A stretch of DNA of 64,000 nt from an uncultured Candidatus Rokubacteria bacterium (GCA_963708025.1 CAVPSB010000013.1:576001-640000); one strand, 5' to 3'; positions 47,712 to 58,083 are shown, counted from the first letter of the stretch. Numbers and translations: made by a program. Notes: generated by a model from the letters alone, not told the origin.

Positions 47712-48959
47712 ATGAAGATCAGCGCGTTCCACTTGATGCCGCACCGCGAGCTGCCGCCGGACTTCGAGCAGCGGTACCCCTCCGTCTGGGTGACCCCGCC
47801 GTGGTGGGAGCTGGCGGACGCGCGCCGGGTGGGGCAGTACTACAACTGGACGCTGGACGAGCTGCTGCACGCCGCCCGGTCCGGCTTCGACGGCGTCTGC
47901 ACCAACGAGCACCACCAGAACGCCTACGGCTTCATGCCCAGCCCCAACCTCATGGGGAGCGTGCTGGCCCGGCTCACTCGCGGCATGGACGTGGCCATCG
48001 TGCAGATGGGCTCCACCCTCCCCACGTCGAACCCACCCATCCGCGTCGCTGAGGAGTACGCCATGCTGGACTGCATCAGCGGCGGCCGGCTGGTGGCCGG
48101 CTTGCCGCTGGGCAGTCCGATGGACGTCAACCTCTGCTACGGCATCACGCCCATCGAGCAGCGGGAGCGCTATCGCGAGGCCTTCGCGCTGACGCTGAAG
48201 GCCTGGCAGGCCCGCGAGATCTTCGCCTGGAACGGGCGCTACACCCAGCTCGCCAACGTGAACCTGTGGCCGCGCCCCATCCAGGAGCCCCACCCGCCGG
48301 TGTGGGTCCCCGGCTCGGGGAGCATCAGCACCTTCGACTTCGCCGTCGAGAACGACGTCTGCTACTGCTTCCTCAGCTACTCGGGGGCCCGGTCGGCCAA
48401 GACCATGATGGACGGGTACTGGGAGGTGGCGGCCGCGAAAGGGCGCGATCTCAACCCCTACCGCGCCGGGTTCCTCCAGCTCGTGGCCGTCTCCGAGACG
48501 GACGCCCGCGCCGAGGAGGAGTACGCCCGGCACGTCGAGTACTTCTATCACAAGTGCCTCCACGTGCCGGCCCCGTGGTTCTCCCCGCCGGGGAACCAGG
48601 ACTACAAGAGCCTGGTGGCCAGCATGCACAACCCGGTGCGCCGGCCGGTGAACCCGAAGGAGCTCCGGTACCGGGACTTCGTGGAGAAGGGCTACGTCAT
48701 CGCCGGCAGCCCGGCCACCGTGCGCGACCGGCTGCGGGACGAGGTCATCGGCGGCCTCCGGGTGGGGAACCTGATGCTGCTCGTGCAGATCGGCTCGATG
48801 CCCCACGAGCTGACCCTGAAGAACATCACGCTCCTGGCCCGGGAGGTCCTGCCGCACCTGCGGGGGATCTGGGACGACGAGGGCTGGGTGAACCACTGGT
48901 GGCCCCGGGCGCTGCGCGAGGCACCGGCGCCGCCCGTGGAGTCCCACGCCCGCCTGTGA
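47712..48959 (+). CDS. LLM class flavin-dependent oxidoreductase
   Basis: GFDG...NEHHQ..YG.MPSPN, P.RVAEEYAMLD.ISGGRL..G, WPRP.Q.PHPP; upstream TTGACA-18-TACTTT. Confidence 0.9.
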   Translation: MKISAFHLMPHRELPPDFEQRYPSVWVTPPWWELADARRVGQYYNWTLDELLHAARSGFDGVCTNEHHQNAYGFMPSPNLMGSVLARLTRGMDVAIVQMGSTLPTSNPPIRVAEEYAMLDCISGGRLVAGLPLGSPMDVNLCYGITPIEQRERYREAFALTLKAWQAREIFAWNGRYTQLANVNLWPRPIQEPHPPVWVPGSGSISTFDFAVENDVCYCFLSYSGARSAKTMMDGYWEVAAAKGRDLNPYRAGFLQLVAVSETDARAEEEYARHVEYFYHKCLHVPAPWFSPPGNQDYKSLVASMHNPVRRPVNPKELRYRDFVEKGYVIAGSPATVRDRLRDEVIGGLRVGNLMLLVQIGSMPHELTLKNITLLAREVLPHLRGIWDDEGWVNHWWPRALREAPAPPVESHARL

Positions 48960-49777
48960 GCCCCGAGACCGCGATCGCCCCCGCGGAGCAGACAGTCGCC
49001 GTCTGGCAGGACCGGATCCGCATGCGGGTCCTGTCCAGGGGCCGCGGGCCGGCCCTGGTCTTCTTCCACGGCCCCTGGGGCCTGACCTGGGATCCGTTCC
49101 TGGACGAGCTGGCCCGGTCCTTCACCGTCTACGCCCCGGAGCATCCCGGCACCAGCCCCGGACGGCCCGACGACATCTACCAGCTCGACGGCCTGTGGGA
49201 CCTGGTCCTCTGCTACGACGAGCTGCTGAGCGGGCTCGGGCTCGACCGGGCGGCCTTCGTCGGCCACTCCTTCGGCGGCATGGTGGCCTGCGAGGTCGCG
49301 GCCGCCTACCCGGGGCGTGTCGGTCGCCTGGCGCTCGTGGCCCCGCTCGGCTTCTGGCGGGACGACGCGCCCGTCGCGAACTGGATGCTCATGACGCCGG
49401 GGGAGCTGCCGGGTCACGTCTTCCACGATCCCGAGGGCGAGGGCGCGCAGCGGATGTTCGCGCCCGCGGCGGACTCGGCGGACGCGGAGGCCCGGGTCAT
49501 GACCCGCGTCCGGCTGACGTGGGCCATGGGCGCCACCGGGAAGTTCCTCTGGCCCCTCCCCGACAAGGGCCTGAAGAAGCGCCTCCACCGCCTGAAGGCG
49601 CCCACGCTGCTCGTCTGGGGCAAGGCGGACCGCCTGGTCCCGCCGGCCTACGCCGACGAGTTCACCCGGCGCATCCCGGGGGCCCGGGTCGAGATCGTCG
49701 ACCAGGCCGGACACGCGCCCCACCAGGAGCACCCCGAGCCCGTCGCGCGGCTGGTCCGCGACTTCCTGGGCGCGTAG
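48956..49777 (+). CDS. Alpha/beta hydrolase
   Basis: FFHG, GHSFGG, WG..DR, GH.PH.E; GTGA overlap with LLM gene. Confidence 0.9.
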   Translation: MSPETAIAPAEQTVAVWQDRIRMRVLSRGRGPALVFFHGPWGLTWDPFLDELARSFTVYAPEHPGTSPGRPDDIYQLDGLWDLVLCYDELLSGLGLDRAAFVGHSFGGMVACEVAAAYPGRVGRLALVAPLGFWRDDAPVANWMLMTPGELPGHVFHDPEGEGAQRMFAPAADSADAEARVMTRVRLTWAMGATGKFLWPLPDKGLKKRLHRLKAPTLLVWGKADRLVPPAYADEFTRRIPGARVEIVDQAGHAPHQEHPEPVARLVRDFLGA

Positions 49778-49785
49778 GGACGGCG

Positions 49786-50448
49786 ATGGGCAGCGGCCGG
49801 CTCATCGACGTGAGCCACACGGTCGAGCACGGCGCGGTCACCTACCCGGGCCTGCCGGCCCCGGTGATCTCCGACCACCTGAGCCGGGAGGCCTCGCGGG
49901 CGCACTACGCGCCCGGCACCGAGTTCCTGATCGGCAAGATCGAGCTGGTGGGGAACACCGGCACCTACTTGGACAGCCCCTTTCACCGCTACGCCGACGG
50001 GAAGGACCTGGCCGCGCTCCCGCTGGAGTCGCTGGCGAACCTCGACTGCGTCGTGGCGCGGCCGCCGTCCGGCGGCGAGCCCGCCATCGATCGCCTCCCG
50101 CTCACGGAAGCCGACGTCCGGGGCCGCGCCGTCCTGGTCCAGACCGGCTGGGACCGCCACTGGGGGACCGAGCGGTACTTCTCCGGCCACCCCCACCTCA
50201 CCGGGCGGCTGGCCGAGTGGCTCGTCCGCGCCGGCGCCGCCCTGGTGGGGATCGACTCGCTCAACATCGACGGCACCGCCACGAACGAGCGGCCGGTCCA
50301 CTCCACCCTGCTGCGCCACGACGTCCCCATCGTCGAGCACCTCCGGGGTCTCGATGCCGTGCCCGAGCGCGGGGGCCGGTTCTTCGCCGTCCCGGCCAAG
50401 GTGAAAGCCTTCACCACGTTCCCGGTCCGGGCGTTCGTGCTGGCGTAG
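49786..50448 (+). CDS. Cyclase family protein (kynurenine formamidase-like)
   Basis: DVSH, NTGTYLDSPFH, GIDS.NID, VH..LL....IVEHL, FPVRA. Confidence 0.88.
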   Translation: MGSGRLIDVSHTVEHGAVTYPGLPAPVISDHLSREASRAHYAPGTEFLIGKIELVGNTGTYLDSPFHRYADGKDLAALPLESLANLDCVVARPPSGGEPAIDRLPLTEADVRGRAVLVQTGWDRHWGTERYFSGHPHLTGRLAEWLVRAGAALVGIDSLNIDGTATNERPVHSTLLRHDVPIVEHLRGLDAVPERGGRFFAVPAKVKAFTTFPVRAFVLA

Positions 50449-50467
50449 GCGTTCCGAGGACGCCGCC

Positions 50468-51256
50468 GTGAGCGAGTGTGTCGCCGTCGCGGCGATCGTC
50501 CTTCTGGTGGCCGGCTTCCTGTGGGGACTCGAGACCCGCGTCCTGCCCAGCGAGCTGAGGCCGTCTTCCGTCAACTACGGCAAGGACCACCGGCTCGAGC
50601 TGCGGCTCTACGGGATGAAGATCGGCGATTTCCGGCGCGCGCCCTTCAGCGGCAGCGGGGGCCGCGACGCCCTCGGCGTGCGAATCGAGCGGGTCGCCCC
50701 CACCGTCCGAGATCCCCGGGACGTCATCGAGATCGGGCGCCTGGGGTTCCTGATCCCGCTCGTCCCCTACCGGACCGCGCTCATCCTCGCGGTTCTCGTG
50801 ATTGGCGTGGCCCTGGTCAGCCCCCTCAGGGAGACGCTCGCCCGGATCGTGACGCCGGTGCTCCTGACCGTGTACGGCCTGCTCCTGCTGGCGGTGGGAC
50901 TCTACGGAGCGCTCTTCGGCCCCCGGCCCGCCCTCCGCCACGTCGAGAACGCGTCCATGGGCGGCATCGTCCTCCTGCCCCTCTACTTCGCCTGCTGGCT
51001 CACGTTCGTGACCGCCGTCCTGGCCGGCGTCCTCGTCCTCACGCGCCGGAGGTGGGCCCCGATCGTGGCCGTCTGCGCCCAGGCGGCGCTCGTCGTGAGC
51101 GTGCCGGGCCTCCTCCTGGCGGCGATCGAGGACCGGGTGGGCTACCGGGTCGAGGACCTGGGCTGGGCGCTGTACGGCGTGACCTCGCTCGCACTCCTCG
51201 CACTCGCGATCTGGTTCCTCAGGCGTCCCCGGGTGCGGGCGTACTTCGGGGCGTAG
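50468..51256 (+). CDS. Hypothetical membrane protein
   Basis: Host-like codon usage; several TM segments; C-terminal L.RP.VR.YF. Confidence 0.6.
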   Translation: MSECVAVAAIVLLVAGFLWGLETRVLPSELRPSSVNYGKDHRLELRLYGMKIGDFRRAPFSGSGGRDALGVRIERVAPTVRDPRDVIEIGRLGFLIPLVPYRTALILAVLVIGVALVSPLRETLARIVTPVLLTVYGLLLLAVGLYGALFGPRPALRHVENASMGGIVLLPLYFACWLTFVTAVLAGVLVLTRRRWAPIVAVCAQAALVVSVPGLLLAAIEDRVGYRVEDLGWALYGVTSLALLALAIWFLRRPRVRAYFGA

Positions 51257-51268
51257 GGGCGAGCTTCC

Positions 51269-51586
51269 CTACTGGAGTGTGATCCGCCGCACCCAGTAGT
51301 AGCGGGCGATCCGGCGCACGTCGTCGGGCCGCACGCGGTTGAGGAGCACGGTCGGGCCGCGCACCCCGCTCACGACCCCGTAGCCCTGGAAGAGGCGGAC
51401 GTGGAAGTCCTCGGGGGCGAAGCCCAGCGTCACCGCCACGTTGACCAGCGGCTCCCGGTCGAGCGCGGCGCCAAGCCGCGCGTCGAGGCGTCCGGGCGCG
51501 CTGGCCGCGACGTACGTCTGCCAGGCGACGCCCAGCGCCGCCACCACGAGCAGGAACCGGACGGTGCGGTGGCGGAGCAGCCTCAC
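51269..51586 (-). CDS. Small membrane-anchored hypothetical protein, last gene of NitT/TauT operon
   Basis: GTG overlaps permease stop; N-terminal TM then V.V.L.F.PE.FH...FQ..G.V.G...V..IA..YWV..I. Confidence 0.7.
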   Translation of the reverse strand: MRLLRHRTVRFLLVVAALGVAWQTYVAASAPGRLDARLGAALDREPLVNVAVTLGFAPEDFHVRLFQGYGVVSGVRGPTVLLNRVRPDDVRRIARYYWVRRITLQ

Positions 51587-52353
51587 GAGGTCACCAAGCC
51601 CCAGCGCTCGATCGTCCACCGCTCCAGGGGCTGGAGCAGCAGCCGGTCGGTCAGAAGCCACAGGAGGCCGATGGTGATGATCCCGACCAGGATGGCGTCC
51701 GTCTGGTGGAAGTTGTGGGCGTTGAAGATCAGGAAGCCGAGGCCGGTCGAGGTGGCGATCATCTCGGCGGCGATGAGGGCGCGCCAGCCGAAGCCGATGC
51801 TCATCCGGATGCCGGTGACGATGCTGGGCATGGCGCCGGGGATCAGCACCTGCCAGATGAGGTGGCGGCGCGACCCGCCCAGCGTGCGCACGGCCTGCTC
51901 GAAGATGCGGGGCACCGCCCGCACGCCGACCAGCGTGTTGAAGAAGACCAGGAAGAAGATCGTGTTGAACAGGATGAAGGTGACGCTGCCCCAGCCGAGC
52001 CCGAACCAGGTGATGGCGAGCGGCAGCCAGGCGATGCCCGACAGCGCGTTGAAGAAGCCTGCGATGGGCTCCAGCACGGGTGCCAGCCGGCGGTTCAGCC
52101 CCACCAGGACGCCGGCCCCGACGGCCACCGGCACGCTGACGACGATCGCGACGAGCAGCCGGCCCAGGCTGGCCCCGATGTTCACCCACAGCGAGCCGTC
52201 CGCCGCCATCTCCCAGCCGACGCGCGCCACCTCGCCGGGCCCCGGCAGGAAGATGGCCGGCAGCACGCCGGCCCGGCTCACGGCCGCCCAGGCGGCGAGC
52301 AGCACGGCGAAGGGCACGGCACCCCGGGCCGTCACCGCCAGTCGGCTCCTCAT
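51583..52353 (-). CDS. NitT/TauT ABC permease
   Basis: SGIAWLPL..WFG, PGAMPSI.TG.R, AAEM...GLG. Confidence 0.9.
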   Translation of the reverse strand: MRSRLAVTARGAVPFAVLLAAWAAVSRAGVLPAIFLPGPGEVARVGWEMAADGSLWVNIGASLGRLLVAIVVSVPVAVGAGVLVGLNRRLAPVLEPIAGFFNALSGIAWLPLAITWFGLGWGSVTFILFNTIFFLVFFNTLVGVRAVPRIFEQAVRTLGGSRRHLIWQVLIPGAMPSIVTGIRMSIGFGWRALIAAEMIATSTGLGFLIFNAHNFHQTDAILVGIITIGLLWLLTDRLLLQPLERWTIERWGLVTS

Positions 52354-53117
52354 CGCTGCACCAGGCCCCAGCGGCCGATGGTCCCCTCCTCCAGCGGGCG
52401 CAGGACGAAGTAGTCCAGCACGAGCCACAGGAGCCCGATCACCGCCATCCCGAGCATGATCCGGGCGGTGAGGTGGAACGATTGGGCGGTGAAGATCATG
52501 GACCCGAGGCCGTGGGCGCCGACCAGCATCTCCGCCGCGATCAGGGCGCGCCAGCCGTAGGCCAGGCCGAGGCGCAGGCCGGTGGCGATGCTCGGCAGCG
52601 CCCCGGGCAGCATCACGTCGCGCACGATGCGCCAGCGGGAGGCCCCGAGCGTCCGCAGGCCGTCGCCGTAGATCCGAGGCACGCTGCGCACCCCCAGCAG
52701 GGCGTTGAAGATCACCGGGAAGAGGACGGTGTAGTTCACGGCCACCAGGATCGTCCGCTCGCCGAAGCCGAACCAGACCAGCATCAGCGGGAGCCAGGCG
52801 ATACCCGACACCGACTGGAAGAAGTTCAGGATGGGATAGGCGAAGTCGGCCACCCGCCGGCTCACGCCGAGGACCAGGCCGAGCGGGACGCCCACCAGGG
52901 CGGCGACGAGGGCGGCCGTCACGATCCGGCGCAGGCTCTCGGCCACGTAGAAGGGGAGCATCCCCTTGGTCAGGAGCTCGCCGGCCGCCCCCAGCACCGC
53001 GGTCGGGGGCGGCAGGACGTACGGCGGCACCGGCAGCGTCGCCGCCACCAGGCTCCAGGCGGCGAAGAAGCCGGCCAGCAGGAGCCCCCACGTGACCGCA
53101 GCTTCCGCTCGAGTCAC
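52350..53117 (-). CDS. NitT/TauT ABC permease
   Basis: SGIAWLPL..WFG, LPGALPSI.TGLR, AAEM. Confidence 0.9.
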   Translation of the reverse strand: MTRAEAAVTWGLLLAGFFAAWSLVAATLPVPPYVLPPPTAVLGAAGELLTKGMLPFYVAESLRRIVTAALVAALVGVPLGLVLGVSRRVADFAYPILNFFQSVSGIAWLPLMLVWFGFGERTILVAVNYTVLFPVIFNALLGVRSVPRIYGDGLRTLGASRWRIVRDVMLPGALPSIATGLRLGLAYGWRALIAAEMLVGAHGLGSMIFTAQSFHLTARIMLGMAVIGLLWLVLDYFVLRPLEEGTIGRWGLVQR

Positions 53118-53268
53118 GTCAGCGCGCCTCCTCCCCTGACCTCAGCATGCCTCCCCGCGCGGACTCGTTCGGGCTGGGCTTCAAGGGTATCGAGGAAACG
53201 GTTCTGGTGCTCGCTCGCCGCTCGGCCGAGGACGAACACGAGTGCGGGCTCAGGCTGGCAGGTCGGCG

Positions 53269-53529
53269 CTACTTCTTCGGACGACGGGCAGGGATGCCAG
53301 TGAGCATGCCTTGCGCGCTCAGATCCTCGTCGATGTCCGGCCAATGCACGCCCTGGCCATCGCCGACGATCTCGTAGCGCAGACGCTGCTCCGGGGTCGC
53401 CTCTGAGAGCCTCCATGACCAGGCGAGTGGCACGCTGACGGTTCGGCCGTCGACCAGTTCGAACGTTACGAGGTCGTCCGTTACCGAGACGGCCTTCACG
53501 CGAGGCTCGATGCCAGCCGCAGTGTTCAT
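53269..53529 (-). CDS. DUF2442 family antitoxin-like protein
   Basis: L.DGR..SVPLAW..RL..AT.EQR..YE..G.G.G.HWPD.DEDLS. Confidence 0.92.
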   Translation of the reverse strand: MNTAAGIEPRVKAVSVTDDLVTFELVDGRTVSVPLAWSWRLSEATPEQRLRYEIVGDGQGVHWPDIDEDLSAQGMLTGIPARRPKK

Positions 53530-53604
53530 GCCATGCCTTGATGATTCCCCGAGGGTACCACGGCACCCAGGAACGTGGCTGCAGCCTGGAGGCGGTATCG
53601 GCTC

Positions 53605-54396
53605 TCAGGTCGGCGCTTCGCCACTTACCTCGGCGCGGACGAGCGTGAGGACGCGCTCCCGGGTCGCGTCGAAGGCCGGATCGCCCGCGACACGCTTCCA
53701 GGTGCGCTCCGCCCGCGGGACCGGCACCGGCACCAGCGCCTTCACGCGACCGGGCCGGCGGGAGAGCACGCAGCAGCGATCGCCGAGGAAGACCGCCTCC
53801 TCGACGTTGTGGGTCACGAAGAGGATCGTCTTCCCGGTGGCCCGGGCGATGGCGTTCAGCTCCTCCTGGAGCGTCATCCGCGTCTGGGCGTCGACCGCCG
53901 CGAACGGCTCGTCCATCAGCATCACCTGCGGGTCGGCGGCCAGCGTCCGCGCCACCGCCACGCGCTGCTTCATGCCGCCCGACAGCTCGTGGGGATACTT
54001 CTTCTCGAAGCCGGTCAGGCCGACCAGCTCCACGAAGTGGCGCACCCTCGCCGCGCGCTCGGCCTTCGGCATGCCCCGGATCTCGAGCCCGTGGGCGATG
54101 TTCCGCTCCGTGGTCCGCCAGGGCAGGATGGCCAGCTCCTGGAACACGACGCCGCGGTCCGGGCCGGGCCCGGCCACCGGCCGGCCGTCCAGCAAGACCT
54201 CGCCCCGGCTGGGCTGAACGAGCCCGGCCAGGATGCCCAGCAGCGTGCTCTTGCCGCACCCGCTGGGACCAACGACGGTCAGGAACTCGCCCTCGGGCAC
54301 CTCCAGGTCCACGCCGTCCAGCGCCACCACGCATTCCCGGGTGAAGCGGTTGACGTACTCGTGGTAGAGCCCCCGGACCGCGATCTTGGCCCCCAT
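53605..54396 (-). CDS. NitT/TauT ABC transporter ATP-binding protein
   Basis: GPSGCGKST, YPHELSGGMKQRVA.AR, DEPFAAVD, VTHNVEEAVFLGDR. Confidence 0.92.
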   Translation of the reverse strand: MGAKIAVRGLYHEYVNRFTRECVVALDGVDLEVPEGEFLTVVGPSGCGKSTLLGILAGLVQPSRGEVLLDGRPVAGPGPDRGVVFQELAILPWRTTERNIAHGLEIRGMPKAERAARVRHFVELVGLTGFEKKYPHELSGGMKQRVAVARTLAADPQVMLMDEPFAAVDAQTRMTLQEELNAIARATGKTILFVTHNVEEAVFLGDRCCVLSRRPGRVKALVPVPVPRAERTWKRVAGDPAFDATRERVLTLVRAEVSGEAPT

Positions 54397-54419
54397 CGGC
54401 GGCGGTCCGCCCCGCCGGG

Positions 54420-55433
54420 TCAGGAGGCGGGCTTCAGGTCGGCGAAGAACTGGGGGTGGCTCTTCATCACCTTCTCGATGAAGCGGAGCTCGAGCCCCTT
54501 CGCCGACGGCACCGGCGCCCGGAGCTTTTTCTGCTCCAGCAGGATCTGGACGTTCTCGTCCCACGCCGCGACGGTGTGGGACGTGATCCTGGCATCGAAG
54601 ACCATCTGGGCCAGCGCCTTCTTCGCGACGGCGACTTCCAGGCCCGGGATCCAGCGGGTCGAGATCTCGGCGGCCTCGTCGGGGTTCTTCCGCGTGTACC
54701 AGGTCGCCTCGGCCGTCCCGAGGACGTAGCGCTCCACGAGGTCCGGGCTCTTCTCGATCACCTCGTCCCGCACCGCCATGTTGATGTAGTAGCCGATGTA
54801 GCCGCCGCCGCGACTCAGCAGCACCGCGTCCGGGACCTTGGCCTCGATCTGGGAGCCGAACGGCTCCCAGCAGGCGACCGCCTCGACGCTGCCGCCCTGG
54901 AGCGCCGACAGGATGTTCCCGGGCGGCACGTTGAGCACCTGCAGCTTCTCGCGCGGCACGCCCTTCTTCTTCAGCACCACGCCCAGGTACTCGTCGGCGG
55001 TCCCGCCGACCGGCGTGCCGAGCTTCCGCCCCGCCAGGTCCTCGATCTTCGTGATGCCGGTGCCCTTGCGCGTCCAGATCGTGACCGACTGGTCCCAGTA
55101 CCGGCCGCTGCGGTCCCCCATCATCCCCACCACGCCGCGGGCGGCCATGCCCGCCTGGACGGCCAGCGGGAAGTTCGAGTAGGCGGAGCCGATGATCTCG
55201 ACCTCGCCGGCCTGGAGGGCCTTGGCCATCTCCTGGCCCGTGCCGAGCACCTTGAGCTTCAGGTCGATGCCGTGCTTGAGGAAGATGCCCTTCTCCACGC
55301 CGACGAAGCTCGGGACGTGGTTCATGTTGTTGCCCACCGCCGCCGTCAGCACCGCTGGCTGCTGGGCCGCGGCCGACCCGAGGAGGGCAGCGACCACGAT
55401 CCCGACGATCACGCTCGACAGCTTCCTCATCAT
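54420..55433 (-). CDS. SsuA/TauA/NMT1-like ABC substrate-binding protein
   Basis: Signal peptide; EKG.F.KHG, DLAG.K.G...G, WEPF. Confidence 0.88.
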   Translation of the reverse strand: MMRKLSSVIVGIVVAALLGSAAAQQPAVLTAAVGNNMNHVPSFVGVEKGIFLKHGIDLKLKVLGTGQEMAKALQAGEVEIIGSAYSNFPLAVQAGMAARGVVGMMGDRSGRYWDQSVTIWTRKGTGITKIEDLAGRKLGTPVGGTADEYLGVVLKKKGVPREKLQVLNVPPGNILSALQGGSVEAVACWEPFGSQIEAKVPDAVLLSRGGGYIGYYINMAVRDEVIEKSPDLVERYVLGTAEATWYTRKNPDEAAEISTRWIPGLEVAVAKKALAQMVFDARITSHTVAAWDENVQILLEQKKLRAPVPSAKGLELRFIEKVMKSHPQFFADLKPAS

Positions 55434-55453
55434 CGTGTCCCCTTTCCGAGCAT

Positions 55454-55605
55454 TCACTGGATGACCTCGTCCGCCCGCGCCAGGAGCGATTGTGGGATCG
55501 TGAGGCCGAGCGCCTTCGCGGTCTTCAAATTCACCACCAGCTCGAACTTCGTAGGCTGCTCGACGGGGAGCTCGCTGGGCTGGGCGCCCTTGAGGATCGG
55601 TCGAT
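55454..55605 (-). pseudogene. 3' remnant (~50 codons) of a PF04392-type substrate-binding protein
   Basis: [47 protein letters not shown]; no N-terminal part. Confidence 0.85.
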
Positions 55606-55638
55606 CTGAGCGGCCAGACGCGGGACGTCATCACTCCG

Positions 55639-58020
55639 TCACGGGCTCGCCTTGCGCACCTCGCAGAGATAGGAGCGCAGGGGCACGGTGCCGCTGATCG
55701 GATCGGCCACGTCGGTGTCGATCAGCGCGTTGTAGTTCGCGCTGCCGGGGCCGTCGACGGCGTAGCCGGGCAGCCCCAGCGGCTCGCACGCCTGCCACCA
55801 GCCGAACTGGGCGCACACCACGTCATGGGCCAGGCTGCCGTTGAAGCGAGCGCGCCCTCGCATGGTGGCCCGGGGCGTCTCGACGAGCACCCAGTCGTCG
55901 GCGGCGATGCCCCGGGGTCCCGCCGCGGCCGGATGCAGCTCGACGAGGGGATCGGGGCTGTGCCGGCGGAGCCGGGGGAGGCTCCGGTGCTGGCTGTGGC
56001 AGAACTGGACGACCTTGGCCGAGGTCAGGACCAGCGGGTAGCGGGCGGCGAGATCGGGCCGGCTGACCGGGCTCGCCGCCGGCTCGACGTAGCGCGGCAG
56101 CGCCGCCTGGCCATGGTCCAGGAAGCGCTGGGCGTAGATCTCGACGCGCCGGCTCGGCGTCGCGAACCCCGTCCGGCCGCCGCCGGCGGTCGGCTCCGCG
56201 TACTTCCGGTAGCGGGTCTCGAGGGGCACCCGCACGCCCCCCGGATTCGCCCGCAGCTCCTCGAGCGTGACCCCTGAGGGCGCCAGCACCCAGCGGTGGC
56301 CGGCATCCGGGTCCCCGCCGAAGAACTGCTCGGCCAGCCCCAGGCGCCGGGCCAGCTCGCAGACGATCCAGGTGTCCGAGCGGGACTCGCCCCGGGGCGC
56401 GACGACCGGCGCGCGGAGCTGGATGTGCGCCTCCCCGTCCAGGGTCGGGCCGAACCCGGCCCGCAGCCCTTCGCGCTCCCAGGCCGAGGCGACCGGGAGC
56501 ACCACGTCGGCCAGCGCCGCGGTCGGCGTCATGAACAGGTCGGCGTAGACCAGGAACTCCAGCCGCGACAGCGCCGCACGTCCCAGCTCGGCGTCGGGCT
56601 GGGAGAGGAGCGGGTTCGCGCCGAAGCCGACCAGCCCCCGCACCGGGTACGGCTGGCCGGACAGGATCGCCCGGTAGACGTCGCGGGCCGTCACCCAGCC
56701 GTGGCGCCCCGGGCCCAGCGGGCGCTCGGCGAACCCGAGGGTCTTCGCCCACGCCGACTCGGGGACGAGCCCGCGGCCACCCAGGTCGTTGACGGCGGGG
56801 CGGCTCGGCCGGACGTTCCCGCCCGGCGCGTCGAGGCTGCCGGTCAGCGCGTAAAGCAGCGAGATCGCCCGGACCGTCTGGCGTGGCGTTGGTGTGCTGC
56901 TCGAGCCCCGTCCAGTGGAAGTACGCCACCGGGCGGCGCTCCCAGAGCAGGCGCGCCGTCTCGACGACCTGCCGGGCGGGCACCCCGGTGACCTGCTCGA
57001 CGCGCGCCGGCGGGTACTCCCGGCAGAGCGCGGCGTAGCGCTCGAAGGCCGGGCGGCAGGCGACGGGTCCCGCCGGCGTCGCGCAGGTCGCCGATCCGAG
57101 CAGCAGGGGCTCGTCGACGGGCGCCGCGAACCGGGCGGTCCCCGGATCGTACCCGACCGGCCGGGCGCCGGCGCCGTCCCAGGCCACGTAGGGCGCGGCC
57201 GCGCCGGGCGCCGCGAGGTCGGCCGCGGTGAGGAAGCGGTCGGTGTCGTCACGCACGAGGAACGGGCCCGTGCTCCAGTCGCGGATGAAGTCCCGATCGT
57301 ACCAGCCCTCGGCGATCATCACGCCGGCCAGGCCGAGCGCCAGCGCGCCGTCGGTGCCGGGCCGCACGCGGAGCCACTGGTCCGCCCGGCCGGCCAGCCC
57401 CGCCCGGCGAGGATCGACGACGATCAGCGCCGCGCCACGGGCCTCGGCGTCGGCGGCGGCCGTGGCCTGGGCCAGGAAGGAGGTCGAGGGGTTGTGTCCC
57501 CAGAGGAGCAGGCATCTCCGTGCGGGCGAAGTCCGGGGACGCCGATGTCGGCGCCGAAGGTGTACGCGGTCGCGTAGTCGCGATGCCAGGCGCACAGCTC
57601 CTCGCCCCAGATCGTGTTCGGGCTGCCGAAGAGCCGGATGAGCCGGTCGATCCAGGGGAAGGCGTCCGACACCGCGGTGCCGGCCGGCGTGGTCACCGCG
57701 AAGGCGACGGCCTCGGGACCCTCCCGGGCGACCGCCTCCCGCATCCGGGCCGCGGTCCAGTCGAGCGCCTCGTCCCAGGTGATCCGCACCCAGCCGGGGT
57801 CCGGATCCCCCTTGGGGCGCGTGCGCCGCAGCGGGTGGAGGAGCCGGTCGGCCGCGTGGACCAGGTCGGGCGCGGCCCGCCCCTTGACGCACAGGCTCTG
57901 GCCGGTCGGGTGGCGGGGATCGGGCTCGACCGCGACCAGCCGGCCGTCGTCGACGACGGAGATGCAGCCGCAGCGCGACCGGCACAGCGCGCAGAACCCC
58001 GGGATGCGCTCAGTCGTCAT
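55639..58020 (-). CDS. Molybdopterin (bis-MGD) oxidoreductase, DMSO reductase family; frameshifts near 57530 and 56880
   Basis: CALCRSRC..CVKG 4Fe-4S motif, LWGHNP, VRPGTDGALALG, D.FMTPTA..AD.VLP, HSQHR, molydopterin dinucleotide-binding C-terminus. Confidence 0.88.
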
Positions 58021-58083
58021 GGGCAGATCCCCCGGTGGCCTCGGTGAAGTGGCCGGATGATACCACGCCCGTGCGTGCAGCCG

